From the NCBI GenBank assembly GCA_965232515.1, contig CBDDPY010000002.1, positions 896,001 through 960,000 of the forward strand: a stretch of DNA of 64,000 nucleotides. Direction: 5' to 3'. Positions 33,150 to 45,974 of the stretch are shown one piece after another (within the stretch, counting starts at the first letter, position 1; every line of letters begins with the position of its first letter). The notes below the pieces were generated by a model. That model had not been told where the DNA came from. It worked only from the letters and a program-made list of their open reading frames with translations, and did no database searches. The position numbers and the translations under genes are program-made. Origin of the DNA: Alphaproteobacteria bacterium. GTDB lineage: Bacteria; Pseudomonadota; Alphaproteobacteria; GCA-2731375.

Positions 33150-34463
33150 ATGTCACTTTCCGACGCCGCCCATTCGTCCAATGGTGCTGCGGTTTTCTTT
33201 ACCCAGGAACTTGCCGCGCGCGATCCAGATCTCTTCGCCAGCATCGTCGCGGAACAGCGGCGGCAGCAGAACCAGATCGAGCTGATCGCGTCGGAAAACA
33301 TCGTCAGCCACGCCGTGCTGCAGGCGCAAGGCTCGGTGCTGACCAACAAGTATGCCGAAGGCTATCCCGGCCGTCGCTACTACGGCGGTTGCGAGCATGT
33401 CGACGTTGCCGAACGGCTGGCCATCGAGCGGGCGACCAAACTGTTCGATTGCGCCTACGCCAACGTGCAGCCGCACTCCGGCGCGCAGGCGAATCAGGCC
33501 GTCTACATGGCGCTGCTGAAACCGGGCGACACCACGCTCGGCCTGTCGCTGGCGGCCGGCGGCCACCTGACCCATGGCGCGCCGCCCAATCAGTCGGGTA
33601 AATGGTTTAACGCGGTGCAGTACGGCGTCCGCGAGGACGACCATCTGATCGACTTCGACGAAGTCGAACGGTTGGCGTGGGAGCATAAGCCAAAGCTGAT
33701 CATCGCTGGCGGCTCGGCCTATCCGCGGGTAATCGATTTTGCCCGCTTCCGCGAGATCGCCGACCAGGTCGGCGCTTACCTGCTGGTCGACATGGCGCAT
33801 TTCGCCGGCCTGGTGGCGGGCGGCGCCCATCCGAGCCCCTTGCCGCATGCGCACGTGGTGACGACGACGACACACAAGACCTTGCGCGGACCGCGCGGCG
33901 GCATGGTGCTGTCGAACGACCTCGATCTCGGCAAAAAGATCAACTCGGCCGTCTTTCCCGGCTTGCAGGGCGGTCCGCTGATGCATGTGATCGCCGCAAA
34001 GGCCGTTGCCTTTGGCGAGGCGTTAACGCCTGAGTTCGCCGGCTATGCCCGCGCCGTCGTCGACAACGCGCACGCGCTCGCCGAGGTCTTGCGCGAAAAC
34101 GGCTTCGACATCGTCTCAGGCGGCACAGACACGCATGTCGTGCTGGTCGACCTCCGGCCCAAGGGACTGAAAGGCAACGACGCCGAACAGGCGTTGGAGC
34201 GGGCCGGCATCACCTGCAACAAAAACGGCGTGCCGTTCGATCCGGAAAAACCGACTGTGACTTCGGGCGTCCGCCTCGGTACGCCGGCGGGCACCACGCG
34301 CGGCTTCGGCGTCGCCGAGTTCCGCCAGGTCGGCCAGCTGATCGCCGAAACCCTGGCCGGATTTGCCGCCAACGGCGCCGACAATGCGGCGACCGAAGAC
34401 CGGGTGCGCGGCGAGGTGGAGGCGCTCTGCGCCCGCTTCCCGATCTATCCGGCAGGGGCCTGA
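33150..34463 (+). CDS. glyA: Serine hydroxymethyltransferase (canonical)
   Basis: [43 protein letters not shown]; heads nrdR-rib operon; start chosen at ATG 33150. Confidence 0.97.
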   Translation: MSLSDAAHSSNGAAVFFTQELAARDPDLFASIVAEQRRQQNQIELIASENIVSHAVLQAQGSVLTNKYAEGYPGRRYYGGCEHVDVAERLAIERATKLFDCAYANVQPHSGAQANQAVYMALLKPGDTTLGLSLAAGGHLTHGAPPNQSGKWFNAVQYGVREDDHLIDFDEVERLAWEHKPKLIIAGGSAYPRVIDFARFREIADQVGAYLLVDMAHFAGLVAGGAHPSPLPHAHVVTTTTHKTLRGPRGGMVLSNDLDLGKKINSAVFPGLQGGPLMHVIAAKAVAFGEALTPEFAGYARAVVDNAHALAEVLRENGFDIVSGGTDTHVVLVDLRPKGLKGNDAEQALERAGITCNKNGVPFDPEKPTVTSGVRLGTPAGTTRGFGVAEFRQVGQLIAETLAGFAANGADNAATEDRVRGEVEALCARFPIYPAGA

Positions 34464-34502
34464 GCCGGCATGCCGACCGATCGGTTTTGGGGCTGATCGC
34501 CG

Positions 34503-34970
34503 ATGCGCTGCCCGTTCTGCAGTAACGACGACACGCAGGTAAAGGACTCGCGGCCCACCGAGGACAATTCGGCCATTCGCCGCCGCCGGTTCTGTCCGGC
34601 CTGCGGCTCGCGCTTCACCACCTTCGAGCGCGTGCAGTTGCGCGAACTGACGATCATCAAGCGCAACGGTCAGCGCACGCCGTTCGACCGCGACAAGCTG
34701 ATGCGTTCGATCCTGATCGCCACCCGTAAGCGGCCCGTCGACCCGGAGCGCATCGAACGCATGGTCAACGGCATCCAGAAACGGCTCGAGAGCTCGGGCG
34801 AGAGCGACATCCCCTCCGACGCAGTCGGCTCGATGGTCATGGACGCATTGGCCGGCCTCGATCAGGTCGCCTATGTGCGCTTCGCCTCGGTCTACCGCAA
34901 CTTCCGCGAAGTGAAGGACTTCGAGGATTTCATCGGCCACCTTGGCACCGGCAGCGACAACGACGACTGA
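34503..34970 (+). CDS. nrdR: Transcriptional repressor NrdR
   Basis: MRCPFC...[20 protein letters not shown] cone, [10 protein letters not shown]. Confidence 0.98.
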   Translation: MRCPFCSNDDTQVKDSRPTEDNSAIRRRRFCPACGSRFTTFERVQLRELTIIKRNGQRTPFDRDKLMRSILIATRKRPVDPERIERMVNGIQKRLESSGESDIPSDAVGSMVMDALAGLDQVAYVRFASVYRNFREVKDFEDFIGHLGTGSDNDD

Positions 34971-36063
34971 CGCCGACGACCGTCGGTTCATGCGCGCCGC
35001 GCTTGACCTGGCGTCACGCGGCCTCGGCAATGTCTGGCCCAATCCCGCCGTCGGTTGTCTCATCGTCCGCGACGGCCTGCCGGTCGGCCGCGGCTGGACC
35101 CAGCCCGGCGGCCGGCCCCATGCGGAGACCGTGGCGCTGTCGCAGGCGGGCGAGCAAGCCACAGGTGGCACCGCCTATGTCACGCTGGAGCCCTGCGCCC
35201 ATCACGGCCAGACGCCGCCTTGCAGCGACGCGCTGATCGCCGCGCGCATCGCCCGCGCCGTGATCGCGGCCCCCGATCCCGATCCTCGGGTCAATGGCGG
35301 CGGCATCGCGGCGCTGCAGGCGGCCGGCATCGCTGTCACAACCGATCTAATGCGCGCGGAGGCAGAGTTCCTGAATGTGGGCTTCCTGTCGCGGGTGACC
35401 CGTCAGCGCCCGCTGGTGACTCTGAAGCTGGCAACGACGCTCGACGGCCGGATCGCCACACGAACGGGCGCCAGCCAATGGATCACGGGCGAGGGCGCGC
35501 GCCAGCGCGGCCAATTGCTGCGCGCCCAACATGACGCCATTCTGGTTGGCGCCGGCACGCTCAGATCGGATGACCCGGCGCTGACCTGCCGGCTGCCGGG
35601 CCTCGCGGACAATTCGCCGGTCCGCATCGTGCTGGGCGGCCGCGGGGACATGCCGGCCGGGGCGGACCTGTTCAAAACGGCCGGCGACGTCCCGACCTGG
35701 CTTTTGACGCCGCGGGGCAAGGCTGTTCCAGACACGGTGCGTCGGCCGGGCGTCGAGATCATCGAAGCCGATCCAACCGTCGATGGCGGCGTCGATCCCG
35801 CCGCCGCGCTCGCGGCCCTGGCCGGCCGTGGCATCACCCGGTTGCTGATCGAGGGCGGCGCCGCCGTCGCGACGACGTTCCTCGCGGCCGGGCTGGTTGA
35901 CCGTATTGCCTGGTTCCGCGCCGCCAGCCTGTTCGGCGGCGATGGCCTGCCGGCCATCGCCGGGCTCGGCATCGAGACGCTTGCGCAACGGCTGCGCCTG
36001 GAACGCCTGTCGATCGTGCCGGCCGGTGACGACGTACTGGAAACCTACGCCGTTCGGTCGTAA
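34942..36063 (+). CDS. ribD: Riboflavin deaminase/reductase RibD
   Basis: PNPAVGC, HAE, TLEPCAH...[18 protein letters not shown]; alternative start ATG 34990. Confidence 0.96.
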   Translation: MAPAATTTTDADDRRFMRAALDLASRGLGNVWPNPAVGCLIVRDGLPVGRGWTQPGGRPHAETVALSQAGEQATGGTAYVTLEPCAHHGQTPPCSDALIAARIARAVIAAPDPDPRVNGGGIAALQAAGIAVTTDLMRAEAEFLNVGFLSRVTRQRPLVTLKLATTLDGRIATRTGASQWITGEGARQRGQLLRAQHDAILVGAGTLRSDDPALTCRLPGLADNSPVRIVLGGRGDMPAGADLFKTAGDVPTWLLTPRGKAVPDTVRRPGVEIIEADPTVDGGVDPAAALAALAGRGITRLLIEGGAAVATTFLAAGLVDRIAWFRAASLFGGDGLPAIAGLGIETLAQRLRLERLSIVPAGDDVLETYAVRS

Positions 36064-36073
36064 TAAGTGGGGC

Positions 36074-36667
36074 ATGTTTACCGGGATCGTCACCGATGTC
36101 GGTCGCGTGCGGGCCGTCGAACCGGATGGCGACACCCGCTTCACGATCGAAACCGCCTATGACACCGCCAGGATCGAGGCCGGCGCCTCGATAGCCTGCG
36201 ATGGCGCCTGCCTGACCGTGGTCGACAAGGGGCCGGGTTGGTTCGCCGTCACCGCGTCGGCCGAGACGCTCGCCTGCACCACGCTTGGCGACTGGCAGGC
36301 GGGCCACGCGGTCAACCTGGAACGGGCCTTGAAGGTCGGCGACGAACTGGGCGGCCATATCGTGTCGGGCCATGTCGACGCGGTCGCAGAAGTGGTCGGC
36401 GCCGAGCCGGAGGGCGACTCCGTCCGCTTCACCTTCGAGGTGCCGGCGCGTCTCGCCCGCTACGTCGCCAGCAAGGGCTCGATCACGTTGAACGGCGTGT
36501 CGCTGACCGTGAACGACGTCGAGAACAGCCGGTTTGGCGTCAACATCATTCCGCATACCCGGGCCGTGACCAACTTCGCCGATGCCAAGGCGGGCACCCG
36601 CATGAACGTCGAGATCGACATCCTGGCGCGCTACGTCGCGCGGCTGGCCGAAGGGGGCCCGGCGTGA
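36074..36667 (+). CDS. ribE: Riboflavin synthase
   Basis: N-terminal MFTGIV, GACLTV, GGHIVSGHVD, NGVSLTV. Confidence 0.96.
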   Translation: MFTGIVTDVGRVRAVEPDGDTRFTIETAYDTARIEAGASIACDGACLTVVDKGPGWFAVTASAETLACTTLGDWQAGHAVNLERALKVGDELGGHIVSGHVDAVAEVVGAEPEGDSVRFTFEVPARLARYVASKGSITLNGVSLTVNDVENSRFGVNIIPHTRAVTNFADAKAGTRMNVEIDILARYVARLAEGGPA

Positions 36668-37779
36668 GTTTCACCGAGTATCTGTCGGACATCGAGGAAA
36701 TCCTCGAGGACGCCCGCAAGGGCAAGATGTTCATCCTGGTCGACGAGGAAGACCGCGAGAACGAGGGCGATCTGGTGATCCCGGCCGAGAAGGCCGACGC
36801 CGAGGCGGTGAACTTCATGGCCCGCTACGGCCGCGGCCTGATCTGCCTGTCGATGGTGCAAGGCATGATCGACCGGCTGGGCCTGGACCTGATGTCGCGA
36901 CGCAACGAGTCGCGGCACGGCACCGCCTTCACGGTATCGATCGAGGCACGCGAGGGCGTGACCACCGGCATCTCCGCCGCCGACCGTGCGCGCACCATCG
37001 AGGTCGCGATCGATCCCAGCGCCGGACCGGCCGACATCGCCACACCCGGCCACATCTTCCCGCTGGTCGCCAAGGAGGGCGGCGTGCTGGTGCGGGCCGG
37101 CCACACCGAGGCCGCCGTCGACATCGCCCGCCTCGCGGGCCTGCAGCCCGCCGGCGTGATCTGTGAGATCATGAACGACGACGGCTCGATGGCGCGCATG
37201 CCCGACCTCGTCAAGTTCGCGCAGTTCCACGGCCTCAAGATCGGCACCATCGCCGACCTGATCCAATATCGGCGACGCACGGAGTCGCTGGTCAAGCGCG
37301 CGGTCGAGGCCGATCTCGACAGCGTCTACGGCGGCCGCTTCCGGATGATCGTCTACGTCAACAAGCTGGCCTATGCCGAGCATGTCGCCCTGATCAAGGG
37401 CGATGTCAGCCGGCCGGGACCCGTGCCCGTGCGCATGCACGCGCTCGATCTGCTGAGCGACGTGCTGGGTGACAAGTCGGGCAAGGCCGGCCTGCTGCAT
37501 TCGGCCATGCGCATGCTGGATGGCGAGGAGCGCGGCGTTGTCGTGCTGATCCGCGAGGCGCTGCCGACCAACGTCTCGGACCGCGTGCGGCGCAAGGTCG
37601 GCGAAGAGGTGCCGAAGCGCATGGAGCTGCGCGACTATGGCGTCGGCGCGCAGATCCTGTCCGACCTCGGCGTCAAGGAAATGGTGCTGCTGACCAACAG
37701 CAACTACGACATCGTCGGCATCGACGGCTACGGCCTGCATGTGGTAGAGACCCGCCGTATCCCGATTGACGAGTATTGA
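36664..37779 (+). CDS. ribB: DHBP synthase fused to a degenerate GTP cyclohydrolase II-like domain (RibBX)
   Basis: DRENEGD, TAFTVSI, TTGISA, GHTEA; C-terminal domain lacks the Zn-binding cysteines; GTG overlaps ribE stop. Confidence 0.93.
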   Translation: MSFTEYLSDIEEILEDARKGKMFILVDEEDRENEGDLVIPAEKADAEAVNFMARYGRGLICLSMVQGMIDRLGLDLMSRRNESRHGTAFTVSIEAREGVTTGISAADRARTIEVAIDPSAGPADIATPGHIFPLVAKEGGVLVRAGHTEAAVDIARLAGLQPAGVICEIMNDDGSMARMPDLVKFAQFHGLKIGTIADLIQYRRRTESLVKRAVEADLDSVYGGRFRMIVYVNKLAYAEHVALIKGDVSRPGPVPVRMHALDLLSDVLGDKSGKAGLLHSAMRMLDGEERGVVVLIREALPTNVSDRVRRKVGEEVPKRMELRDYGVGAQILSDLGVKEMVLLTNSNYDIVGIDGYGLHVVETRRIPIDEY

Positions 37780-38246
37780 GCATGCCCCAGCCCGCGCACG
37801 TGCTGATCGTCGAGGCGCGTTTCTACGACGACATCGCCGACGAACTGGCGCGCGGCGCGATCGCCGAAATTGAATCCCGCGGCGGCACCTATGACCGGAT
37901 CGCCGTACCCGGCGCCTTCGAGATCCCGGCCGCGATCGGCTTCGCCGCCAGGGCCATGGCGGACACCGCCGGGGCCGCGCGCTATGACGCCTTCGTGGCG
38001 CTGGGCTGCGTGATCCGCGGCGAGACGACGCATTACGACTATGTTTGCGGCGAAAGCGCGCGCGGGCTGATGGACTTGTCGTTGCAGCACGCCGTCGCGA
38101 TCGGCTACGGCATCCTGACCTGCGAGAACCGCGAGCAGGCCATGCAACGCGCCCGTGTCGATGCCGGCAACAAAGGCGCCGCTGCCGTCGATGCGGCCTT
38201 GCGTATGGCCGACCTCAAGACCCAGTTCGGCATCGCTGCGCGATGA
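37776..38246 (+). CDS. ribH: 6,7-dimethyl-8-ribityllumazine synthase
   Basis: VPGAFEIP, LGCVIRGETTHYDYV, NKG. Confidence 0.96.
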   Translation: MSMPQPAHVLIVEARFYDDIADELARGAIAEIESRGGTYDRIAVPGAFEIPAAIGFAARAMADTAGAARYDAFVALGCVIRGETTHYDYVCGESARGLMDLSLQHAVAIGYGILTCENREQAMQRARVDAGNKGAAAVDAALRMADLKTQFGIAAR

Positions 38247-38749
38247 CCGGCTCGTCGGGGAGCGCGACCGGCCAGCAGCGCAGCGCGGCGCGTCTCGCCG
38301 CCGTTCAGGCGCTTTACCAGATCGAACTGAACCGCGACGACGCCGAGGGCGTGATCCTGGCATTCCGCACCCACGGCTTTCCGGTCGAGCAGGGCCGCGA
38401 GGCCATGGTCGATCCCGACGTCGATCTATTCGCCGACGTCGTTCGCGGCGCCACGCGGCGGCAGGCGGAAATCGACCGGCTGCTGTCGGAGACGTTGGTC
38501 AAGGGCTGGCCACTGGAACGGCTGGAGAGCGTGTTGCGGGCGATCCTGCGCGCCGGCACCTACGAGCTGCTGATGCGCGGCGACATCCCGCCGAAAGTCA
38601 TCATCAACGAATATATCGAGATCGCGCACGCCTTCTTCTCGGGCGACGAGATCCGCATGACCAACGGCGTGCTGGACAGGGTCGCGCATCATCTGCGGTC
38701 CGGCGATTTTGACGGCGGAAACGATGACAGGCCGGCCGAAGCCGGGTGA
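38243..38749 (+). CDS. nusB: Transcription antitermination factor NusB
   Basis: RSAARLAAVQALYQ, VIINEYIEIA, NGVLD; ATG overlaps ribH stop. Confidence 0.95.
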   Translation: MTGSSGSATGQQRSAARLAAVQALYQIELNRDDAEGVILAFRTHGFPVEQGREAMVDPDVDLFADVVRGATRRQAEIDRLLSETLVKGWPLERLESVLRAILRAGTYELLMRGDIPPKVIINEYIEIAHAFFSGDEIRMTNGVLDRVAHHLRSGDFDGGNDDRPAEAG

Positions 38750-39713
38750 GTTCGAACTGATCGCCAGGCATTTCGCGCCTCTGGCGGCGGGACATGCGCT
38801 TGCCTTTGACCTGACCGACGACGCGGCCCTGCTGCATCCCGACGCAGACCGCGATATCGTGCTGACCGCCGACGCGGTGGTCGCCGGCGTTCATTTCCTG
38901 CCCGACGACGCGCCCGATCTGATCGCCGCCAAGCTGTTGCGGGTCAATCTTTCGGACCTCGCCGCAATGGGCGCCCGTCCGCGCGGCTACCTTCTGACCG
39001 CCGCCTGGTCCAACGAGACCGACGAAGACTGGATCGCCAAATTCGCCCGCGGGCTGGCAGCCGATCAGATCGAGTTCGACATCGCCATGCTGGGCGGCGA
39101 TACCGTGGCAACGCCAGGTCCATTGACGTTCTCACTGACCGCCGTCGGCGACGTCGTGCGCGGCACCGCGCTGCGCCGGAATGGCGCGGAGCTTGGCGAT
39201 CTCATTTTCGTTTCCGGCAGCATTGGGGACGGCGCTCTCGGACTGCGGGTCCTGCGGGGCGAAATCCAGGATCTGGCCGAGGACGCCGCCGCGTTTCTTG
39301 CCGACCGCTATCATCTGCCGCGCCCTCGGCTGGCGCTTGGGCAAGCGTTGACAGGCATCGCCAGCGCCGCCCTGGATGTTTCAGACGGTGTGGTGGCCGA
39401 TCTGGGGCATATCTGCGAGGTCTCGGGCGTGGGCGCCGTCATCCGGTCCGACGACGTGCCTCTGTCGGCTGCCGCGAGGGCCGCTCTCGACGCCGATCCG
39501 GCCCGGCTGGCGACCGTGCTGACCGGCGGCGACGATTACGAGCTGCTGTTCACGGCGCCTCCGGCTCGCCGACCGCAGATCGCCGGGCTGGCCGAGCGGC
39601 TCGGCCTGCCATTGGCCGAGATCGGCGAAATCGTCGGTGGACGTGGCGTGAAGGTCATGGGTCCCGATGGCGCGCCGATGCGCTTCACGACGGGCGGTTA
39701 CACGCACACATAG
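38724..39713 (+). CDS. thiL: Thiamine-monophosphate kinase
   Basis: EFELIARHF, DDAA, VNLSDLAAMG, GGDT, DVSDG, GGDDYEL. Confidence 0.95.
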   Translation: MTGRPKPGEFELIARHFAPLAAGHALAFDLTDDAALLHPDADRDIVLTADAVVAGVHFLPDDAPDLIAAKLLRVNLSDLAAMGARPRGYLLTAAWSNETDEDWIAKFARGLAADQIEFDIAMLGGDTVATPGPLTFSLTAVGDVVRGTALRRNGAELGDLIFVSGSIGDGALGLRVLRGEIQDLAEDAAAFLADRYHLPRPRLALGQALTGIASAALDVSDGVVADLGHICEVSGVGAVIRSDDVPLSAAARAALDADPARLATVLTGGDDYELLFTAPPARRPQIAGLAERLGLPLAEIGEIVGGRGVKVMGPDGAPMRFTTGGYTHT

Positions 39714-39857
39714 TACCGATTTCGATCGATTTCTGCCACGGCGGAGGGGCGGATCGGGCGTTCGTATACCGTCTGGTAAGACCCTTCGGGCATCGTTTGT
39801 GGGCGAGGGGCTGGCGGGCCCACGCCGATCGAACAGCCACAACATAGTCAAAGCCTA

Positions 39858-40322
39858 ATGAACAAAATGGTGATCATAGGTGCCGCCGGCGTGCTGTTGC
39901 TGGGGGGCGGCGGCGCGGGCGCGATGTATGCCATGGGCATGCTGCCGGGCGCTGAGGCGGCCGAGGAAGAGGCCGCGGCCGAGGAAGACGTCGCCGAGGT
40001 TATGGAGGACGGCGTCTACGTCCGGATCGACAACCTTGCAATCCCTGTCATTGTCGGCCGCCGAGTCCGCCATAGCATCCTGTTGAGCATCACGCTGCAA
40101 GTCCCGAACAGCCGGGCCAAGACCGATGTGATGGCCGTATTGCCACGCCTGCGCGACGCCCTGCTGCGCGAGCTGTTTACCCGGCCCGTGCAGGAGGACA
40201 GCACCACCGGCGCCATCGATCTCGACGATCTGAAGCAGCGGTTGCTGTCGACATCGCAAACCATCACCGGAACCGATGACGTCAACGACGTCTTGGTGCT
40301 GAAAGCCGTCCGCATGGGCTGA
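39858..40322 (+). CDS. FliL-family flagellar basal-body-associated protein
   Basis: N-terminal TM with LLLGGGGAG, acidic linker, PRLRDALL, C-terminal beta strand VNDVLV. Confidence 0.7.
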   Translation: MNKMVIIGAAGVLLLGGGGAGAMYAMGMLPGAEAAEEEAAAEEDVAEVMEDGVYVRIDNLAIPVIVGRRVRHSILLSITLQVPNSRAKTDVMAVLPRLRDALLRELFTRPVQEDSTTGAIDLDDLKQRLLSTSQTITGTDDVNDVLVLKAVRMG

Positions 40323-40387
40323 TACCAAACGCCGCAGATCGCTGCCTCGGGTTGCCAGGGTGCGGCCGGCGGCATAGGTTCGCGGTC

Positions 40388-41578
40388 GTGTCCACTTCCG
40401 TACAGCGTCGAAACGTGCTGATCCTGGCCCTGTGCCAGGCGCTTTTTGTTTGCGGCCAGACGACCTTCGTGTTCCTCGGCGGACTTGTCGGTTTTTCGCT
40501 GGCCGCCGATAAGTCGCTGGCGACGCTGCCGATCAGCATCACCATCCTCGGCACCGCCATGATGACCATTCCGGCGGCCTTGTTCATGCGCCGGGTCGGC
40601 CGTCGTCTCGGCTTCATGTCGGGCGCGCTGATCGGCACGGTGGGCGTGCTGATCTGCGCCTGGGCCATCTACACCGCGAACTTTACGCTGTTCTGCACGG
40701 GCGCCCTGCTGGCCGGTTTCTACAACGCTTTTTGCCAGTACTACCGCTTCGCCGCCGCCGACGCGGCCGACGAAGCCTTCAAGAGCAAGGCGATCTCGCT
40801 GGTGCTGGCGGGCGGCGTGATCGCCGGTTTCGTCGGCCCGGCCGTCGCCACGCAAACCCGCGATCTGCTGGCGCCGGTCACCTATCTCGCCAGCTTTGTC
40901 GCCGTCTCCGGCATGAGCCTGCTGGCCATGCTGCTGGTCAGCTTCGTGCAGATCCCGACGCTCAGCCGCGAGGAGCAGCGCGACACCGGGCGGCCGTTGC
41001 CTCAGATCATGGCTCAGCCGGTCTTCGTCGTCGCGGTGCTCTCGGCCATGATCGGCTACGGTGTCATGAGCCTGGTGATGACGGCGACGCCACTGGCCAT
41101 GGTCGCCTGCAACTTCCCCGACGCCGACGCCGGCTACGTGATCCAATGGCACGTGCTGGGCATGTTCGCGCCGTCGTTCTTTACCGGCCACCTGATCGCG
41201 CGATTCGGCCTCTATCAAATCATGCTGACGGGCGCGGCCATGTTGGCCGCCTGCGTCGCCCTGACCTTGAGCGGCATCGAATTCGTCAATTTCTGGCTTG
41301 GCCTGATCCTGCTGGGCCTGGGCTGGAACTTCCTGTTCATCGGCGCCACGACGCTGCTGACCCGCGTCTACACGCCGGCCGAGCGCGCCAAGACCCAGGC
41401 GGCGAACGATTTCCTTGTCTTCGCGGCCACGGCCACCGCTTCGTTCCTGTCCGGCAAGCTGCTGCACGCCTATGGCTGGGCGACCGTGAACTACATGGCC
41501 GTGCCCTTCATCGTCCTGGTCACGATCGTGGTTGTCTGGCTGGCGGTGCGCCACCGCGCCGAACGTCGTCCCGCCTAA
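40388..41578 (+). CDS. MFS transporter
   Basis: 12-TM pattern; RVGRRLG, QYYRFAAAD, WHVLGMFAPSFFTG; start uncertain. Confidence 0.88.
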   Translation: MSTSVQRRNVLILALCQALFVCGQTTFVFLGGLVGFSLAADKSLATLPISITILGTAMMTIPAALFMRRVGRRLGFMSGALIGTVGVLICAWAIYTANFTLFCTGALLAGFYNAFCQYYRFAAADAADEAFKSKAISLVLAGGVIAGFVGPAVATQTRDLLAPVTYLASFVAVSGMSLLAMLLVSFVQIPTLSREEQRDTGRPLPQIMAQPVFVVAVLSAMIGYGVMSLVMTATPLAMVACNFPDADAGYVIQWHVLGMFAPSFFTGHLIARFGLYQIMLTGAAMLAACVALTLSGIEFVNFWLGLILLGLGWNFLFIGATTLLTRVYTPAERAKTQAANDFLVFAATATASFLSGKLLHAYGWATVNYMAVPFIVLVTIVVVWLAVRHRAERRPA

Positions 41579-41754
41579 CGGGATTCGTGCCTTCGGTCGC
41601 CCATCCGAGCCGTTAACGCGCGGTTGCTTTATGACAACAGTTTTGGCATTTTCCGCCCGCAATTTTCGCGCCGGTTAGGGATTCGCCAATCCGACCTGTC
41701 CCAGCCGGCTTCCGCAAAGTATCTCGCCACCAAAAAGCTTAAAAAGGAAGATCC

Positions 41755-43857
<2,103 letters not shown>

Positions 43858-43926
43858 CGACGACGGTTCTTGGCACCGCCGCGCCGATCCTGGCGCGGCG
43901 GCCACCTTGGCCGGGTGGCCGATAAC

Positions 43927-44364
43927 TTATTGGTTGGCGTTCGAGAACCGGCCGAGGTTGCCGAACAGCTGTTCCAGGACCGTCAGTTCCTTGCCGCGGG
44001 TCGGCGTGGTGCGCGATACCAGGTCGATCTCACGGCCGTCTTCCAGCGAGAAGCGTTCCACCGTCGTGACGATGCCGCCCTCGTCGAAAGACACCACGAC
44101 GACATCCTGCTGCACGACCTTTCGGTTCATGAAAGCGATGCGTTCGGTGTTGCGCGAGATGTAGTACCAGTTGCCGTCGTCGAATGTGCCAACGCTGGTC
44201 GGCGAGCCCAGCAACTCGGCCACGGAATCACGGTCGTGCACGCCGGGCCGCAGCTTTTCGATCAACTCGGCGTCCGGCACATAGCCATGCGATTCCTCGA
44301 TCGGCGCGCAGGCCGTCAGCAGGCTGCCCGTCAACAGGATCGCGGCGATTGAGATGCGCTGCAT
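43927..44364 (-). CDS. bamE: Outer membrane assembly lipoprotein BamE
   Basis: Lipobox LTAC, HGYV, LLGSP, WYYIS, EQLFGNLGRF. Confidence 0.92.
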   Translation of the reverse strand: MQRISIAAILLTGSLLTACAPIEESHGYVPDAELIEKLRPGVHDRDSVAELLGSPTSVGTFDDGNWYYISRNTERIAFMNRKVVQQDVVVVSFDEGGIVTTVERFSLEDGREIDLVSRTTPTRGKELTVLEQLFGNLGRFSNANQ

Positions 44365-44499
44365 TGTCGTGCCTCGGGTGACGTATAGAATCTATTGGAC
44401 AAAGCGACATCAAACGCTATCGCGCCCAGGCGTCGTGTCGACGGCGGCGACAATTGCACCACGGCCCGCCGCTGTCAACGCATGGGCCAGAAACGGCAG

Positions 44500-45066
44500 A
44501 TGATGGTTTTTGGCAACTGGTTCAAGCGAAACAAGAATTGGCGTGAAGAAGCGCACGCCCTATATCTGCAGGTGGTCGAGCAGGCGCGGACGCCGGCCTT
44601 CTACACCGACTTCGGCGTGGCGGACACCGTCGATGGCCGTTTCGACATGGTGACGCTGCACATGTTCCTGCTGCAGCACCGATTGAAGCACGAGGCCGCG
44701 CCGGCGGCGGAACTGGCCGAGGCGCTGATGACCGTAATGGCGAGCGACATGGACCGGTCGTTGCGTGAAATGGGCGTCGGCGACTACAGCGTCGGCAAGC
44801 GCCTGAAGCAGATGATGGGCGCGTTCTATGGCCGCGCCGCCGCTTATGAAAACGGCCTTGAAGCGGGCGGTGCCGAGCTGACGATGGCGGTTTCTAGGAA
44901 TGTGTTCCGGGAAGCCGGGCCGGCCAGCGATGCCTGCCGCGGTCTGGCGACCTATATCCGTGAACAGGCCGACCAGCTCGCCAGTCAGCAGGCCGACCGG
45001 CTGCTGGCCGGCGAGGTCCGGTTTACGCCGCCGCCGACCCCAGAGTTAGCGGAGGAAATCCGTTGA
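44500..45066 (+). CDS. Ubiquinol-cytochrome c chaperone (Cbp3 family)
   Basis: QARTPAFY...GVADTVDGRFD, MDRSLREMGVGD, FYGRA; start uncertain (44482/44500). Confidence 0.9.
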   Translation: MMVFGNWFKRNKNWREEAHALYLQVVEQARTPAFYTDFGVADTVDGRFDMVTLHMFLLQHRLKHEAAPAAELAEALMTVMASDMDRSLREMGVGDYSVGKRLKQMMGAFYGRAAAYENGLEAGGAELTMAVSRNVFREAGPASDACRGLATYIREQADQLASQQADRLLAGEVRFTPPPTPELAEEIR

Positions 45067-45154
45067 CCGGACAAGGGCATAGGCCTATTTTGCGCGCCGC
45101 CTGGATCGGGGCGGGACGGTTAACGCCGTTATTCACCGATTGGAGTGACTTGTC

Positions 45155-45700
45155 GTGAGCACAACGCTCGCAACACCCGAGTTCAGCAGAACCGTCTCGA
45201 TTGACGAATTGAGCACCGGAGAGCTGCAGCGGCATCTGTCGGCGAGCCAACAGGAGTTGGCGGCGTTGGCGGAGCGATTCGGCTTGGCCGCCCTGACGGG
45301 GTTGGAGGCGGATATCCGGTTGCGGGCCGAGGAACAGGGCAAAATCCGCGTTAAAGTGACATTCACCGCCGATGTGTTACAGTCCTGTGTCGTGACACTG
45401 GAGCCTGTTTCGGCCCGCTTAAACGAGGAATTCGAAGTGGTCTTCGCGCCCGAGACAGGCGACGACGGGCTCGATCACGACGAAATCGTGATTGACGTTA
45501 CGGAGGCTGATCCCCCCGAACCGCTGATCGGCGACAGCGTCGATGTCGGCGAATTGGTGGCGCAGCACCTGGCGCTGGCGATCGACCCGTATCCCCGCAA
45601 AGCCGGCGTCGACTGGCGCCCGGACGAGACGGCCGATGGTGACGGCCATCGTGAAAGTCCGTTCGCCGTCCTGTCCGGTTTGAAGAAGCAGAAGGTCTGA
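45155..45700 (+). CDS. yceD: YceD/DUF177 family protein
   Basis: QSCVVTLEPV, LALAIDPYPRK, SPFAVL; precedes rpmF. Confidence 0.9.
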   Translation: MSTTLATPEFSRTVSIDELSTGELQRHLSASQQELAALAERFGLAALTGLEADIRLRAEEQGKIRVKVTFTADVLQSCVVTLEPVSARLNEEFEVVFAPETGDDGLDHDEIVIDVTEADPPEPLIGDSVDVGELVAQHLALAIDPYPRKAGVDWRPDETADGDGHRESPFAVLSGLKKQKV

Positions 45701-45764
45701 CAACGCATCGGCGGTTCCGGCCCATGCCGGCCGGCCCAGATGGAATTGGTGAGAGATAGGAATA

Positions 45765-45950
45765 ATGGCTGTACCCAAGAAGAAAGTATCGCGCTCGCGG
45801 CGAAATCAGCGGCGCTCGCACGACGCCCTGAAGTCGAACGCCTACGTCGAGTGCGACAATTGCGGCGAACTGCACCGGCCGCACCACGTCTGCCCGGCTT
45901 GCGGCTATTACAGCGGCAGGGAAGTGGTGGAGCCGCAGGGCGCGGTCTGA
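45765..45950 (+). CDS. rpmF: 50S ribosomal protein L32 (Zn-ribbon type)
   Basis: [13 protein letters not shown]...PHHVCPACG. Confidence 0.97.
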   Translation: MAVPKKKVSRSRRNQRRSHDALKSNAYVECDNCGELHRPHHVCPACGYYSGREVVEPQGAV

Positions 45951-45974
45951 CGACGTCGCGCCGGAGCTGCCGGT

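Noticed and set aside
36238-36663. N-terminal extensions in the ORF track (ribB from 36238, nusB from 38045, cyclase from 56711, ligase from 4421, lipoprotein from 60480)
   Set aside because: The extensions overlap neighbouring genes and are low-complexity Arg/Gly/Ala-rich; downstream starts fit family N-termini
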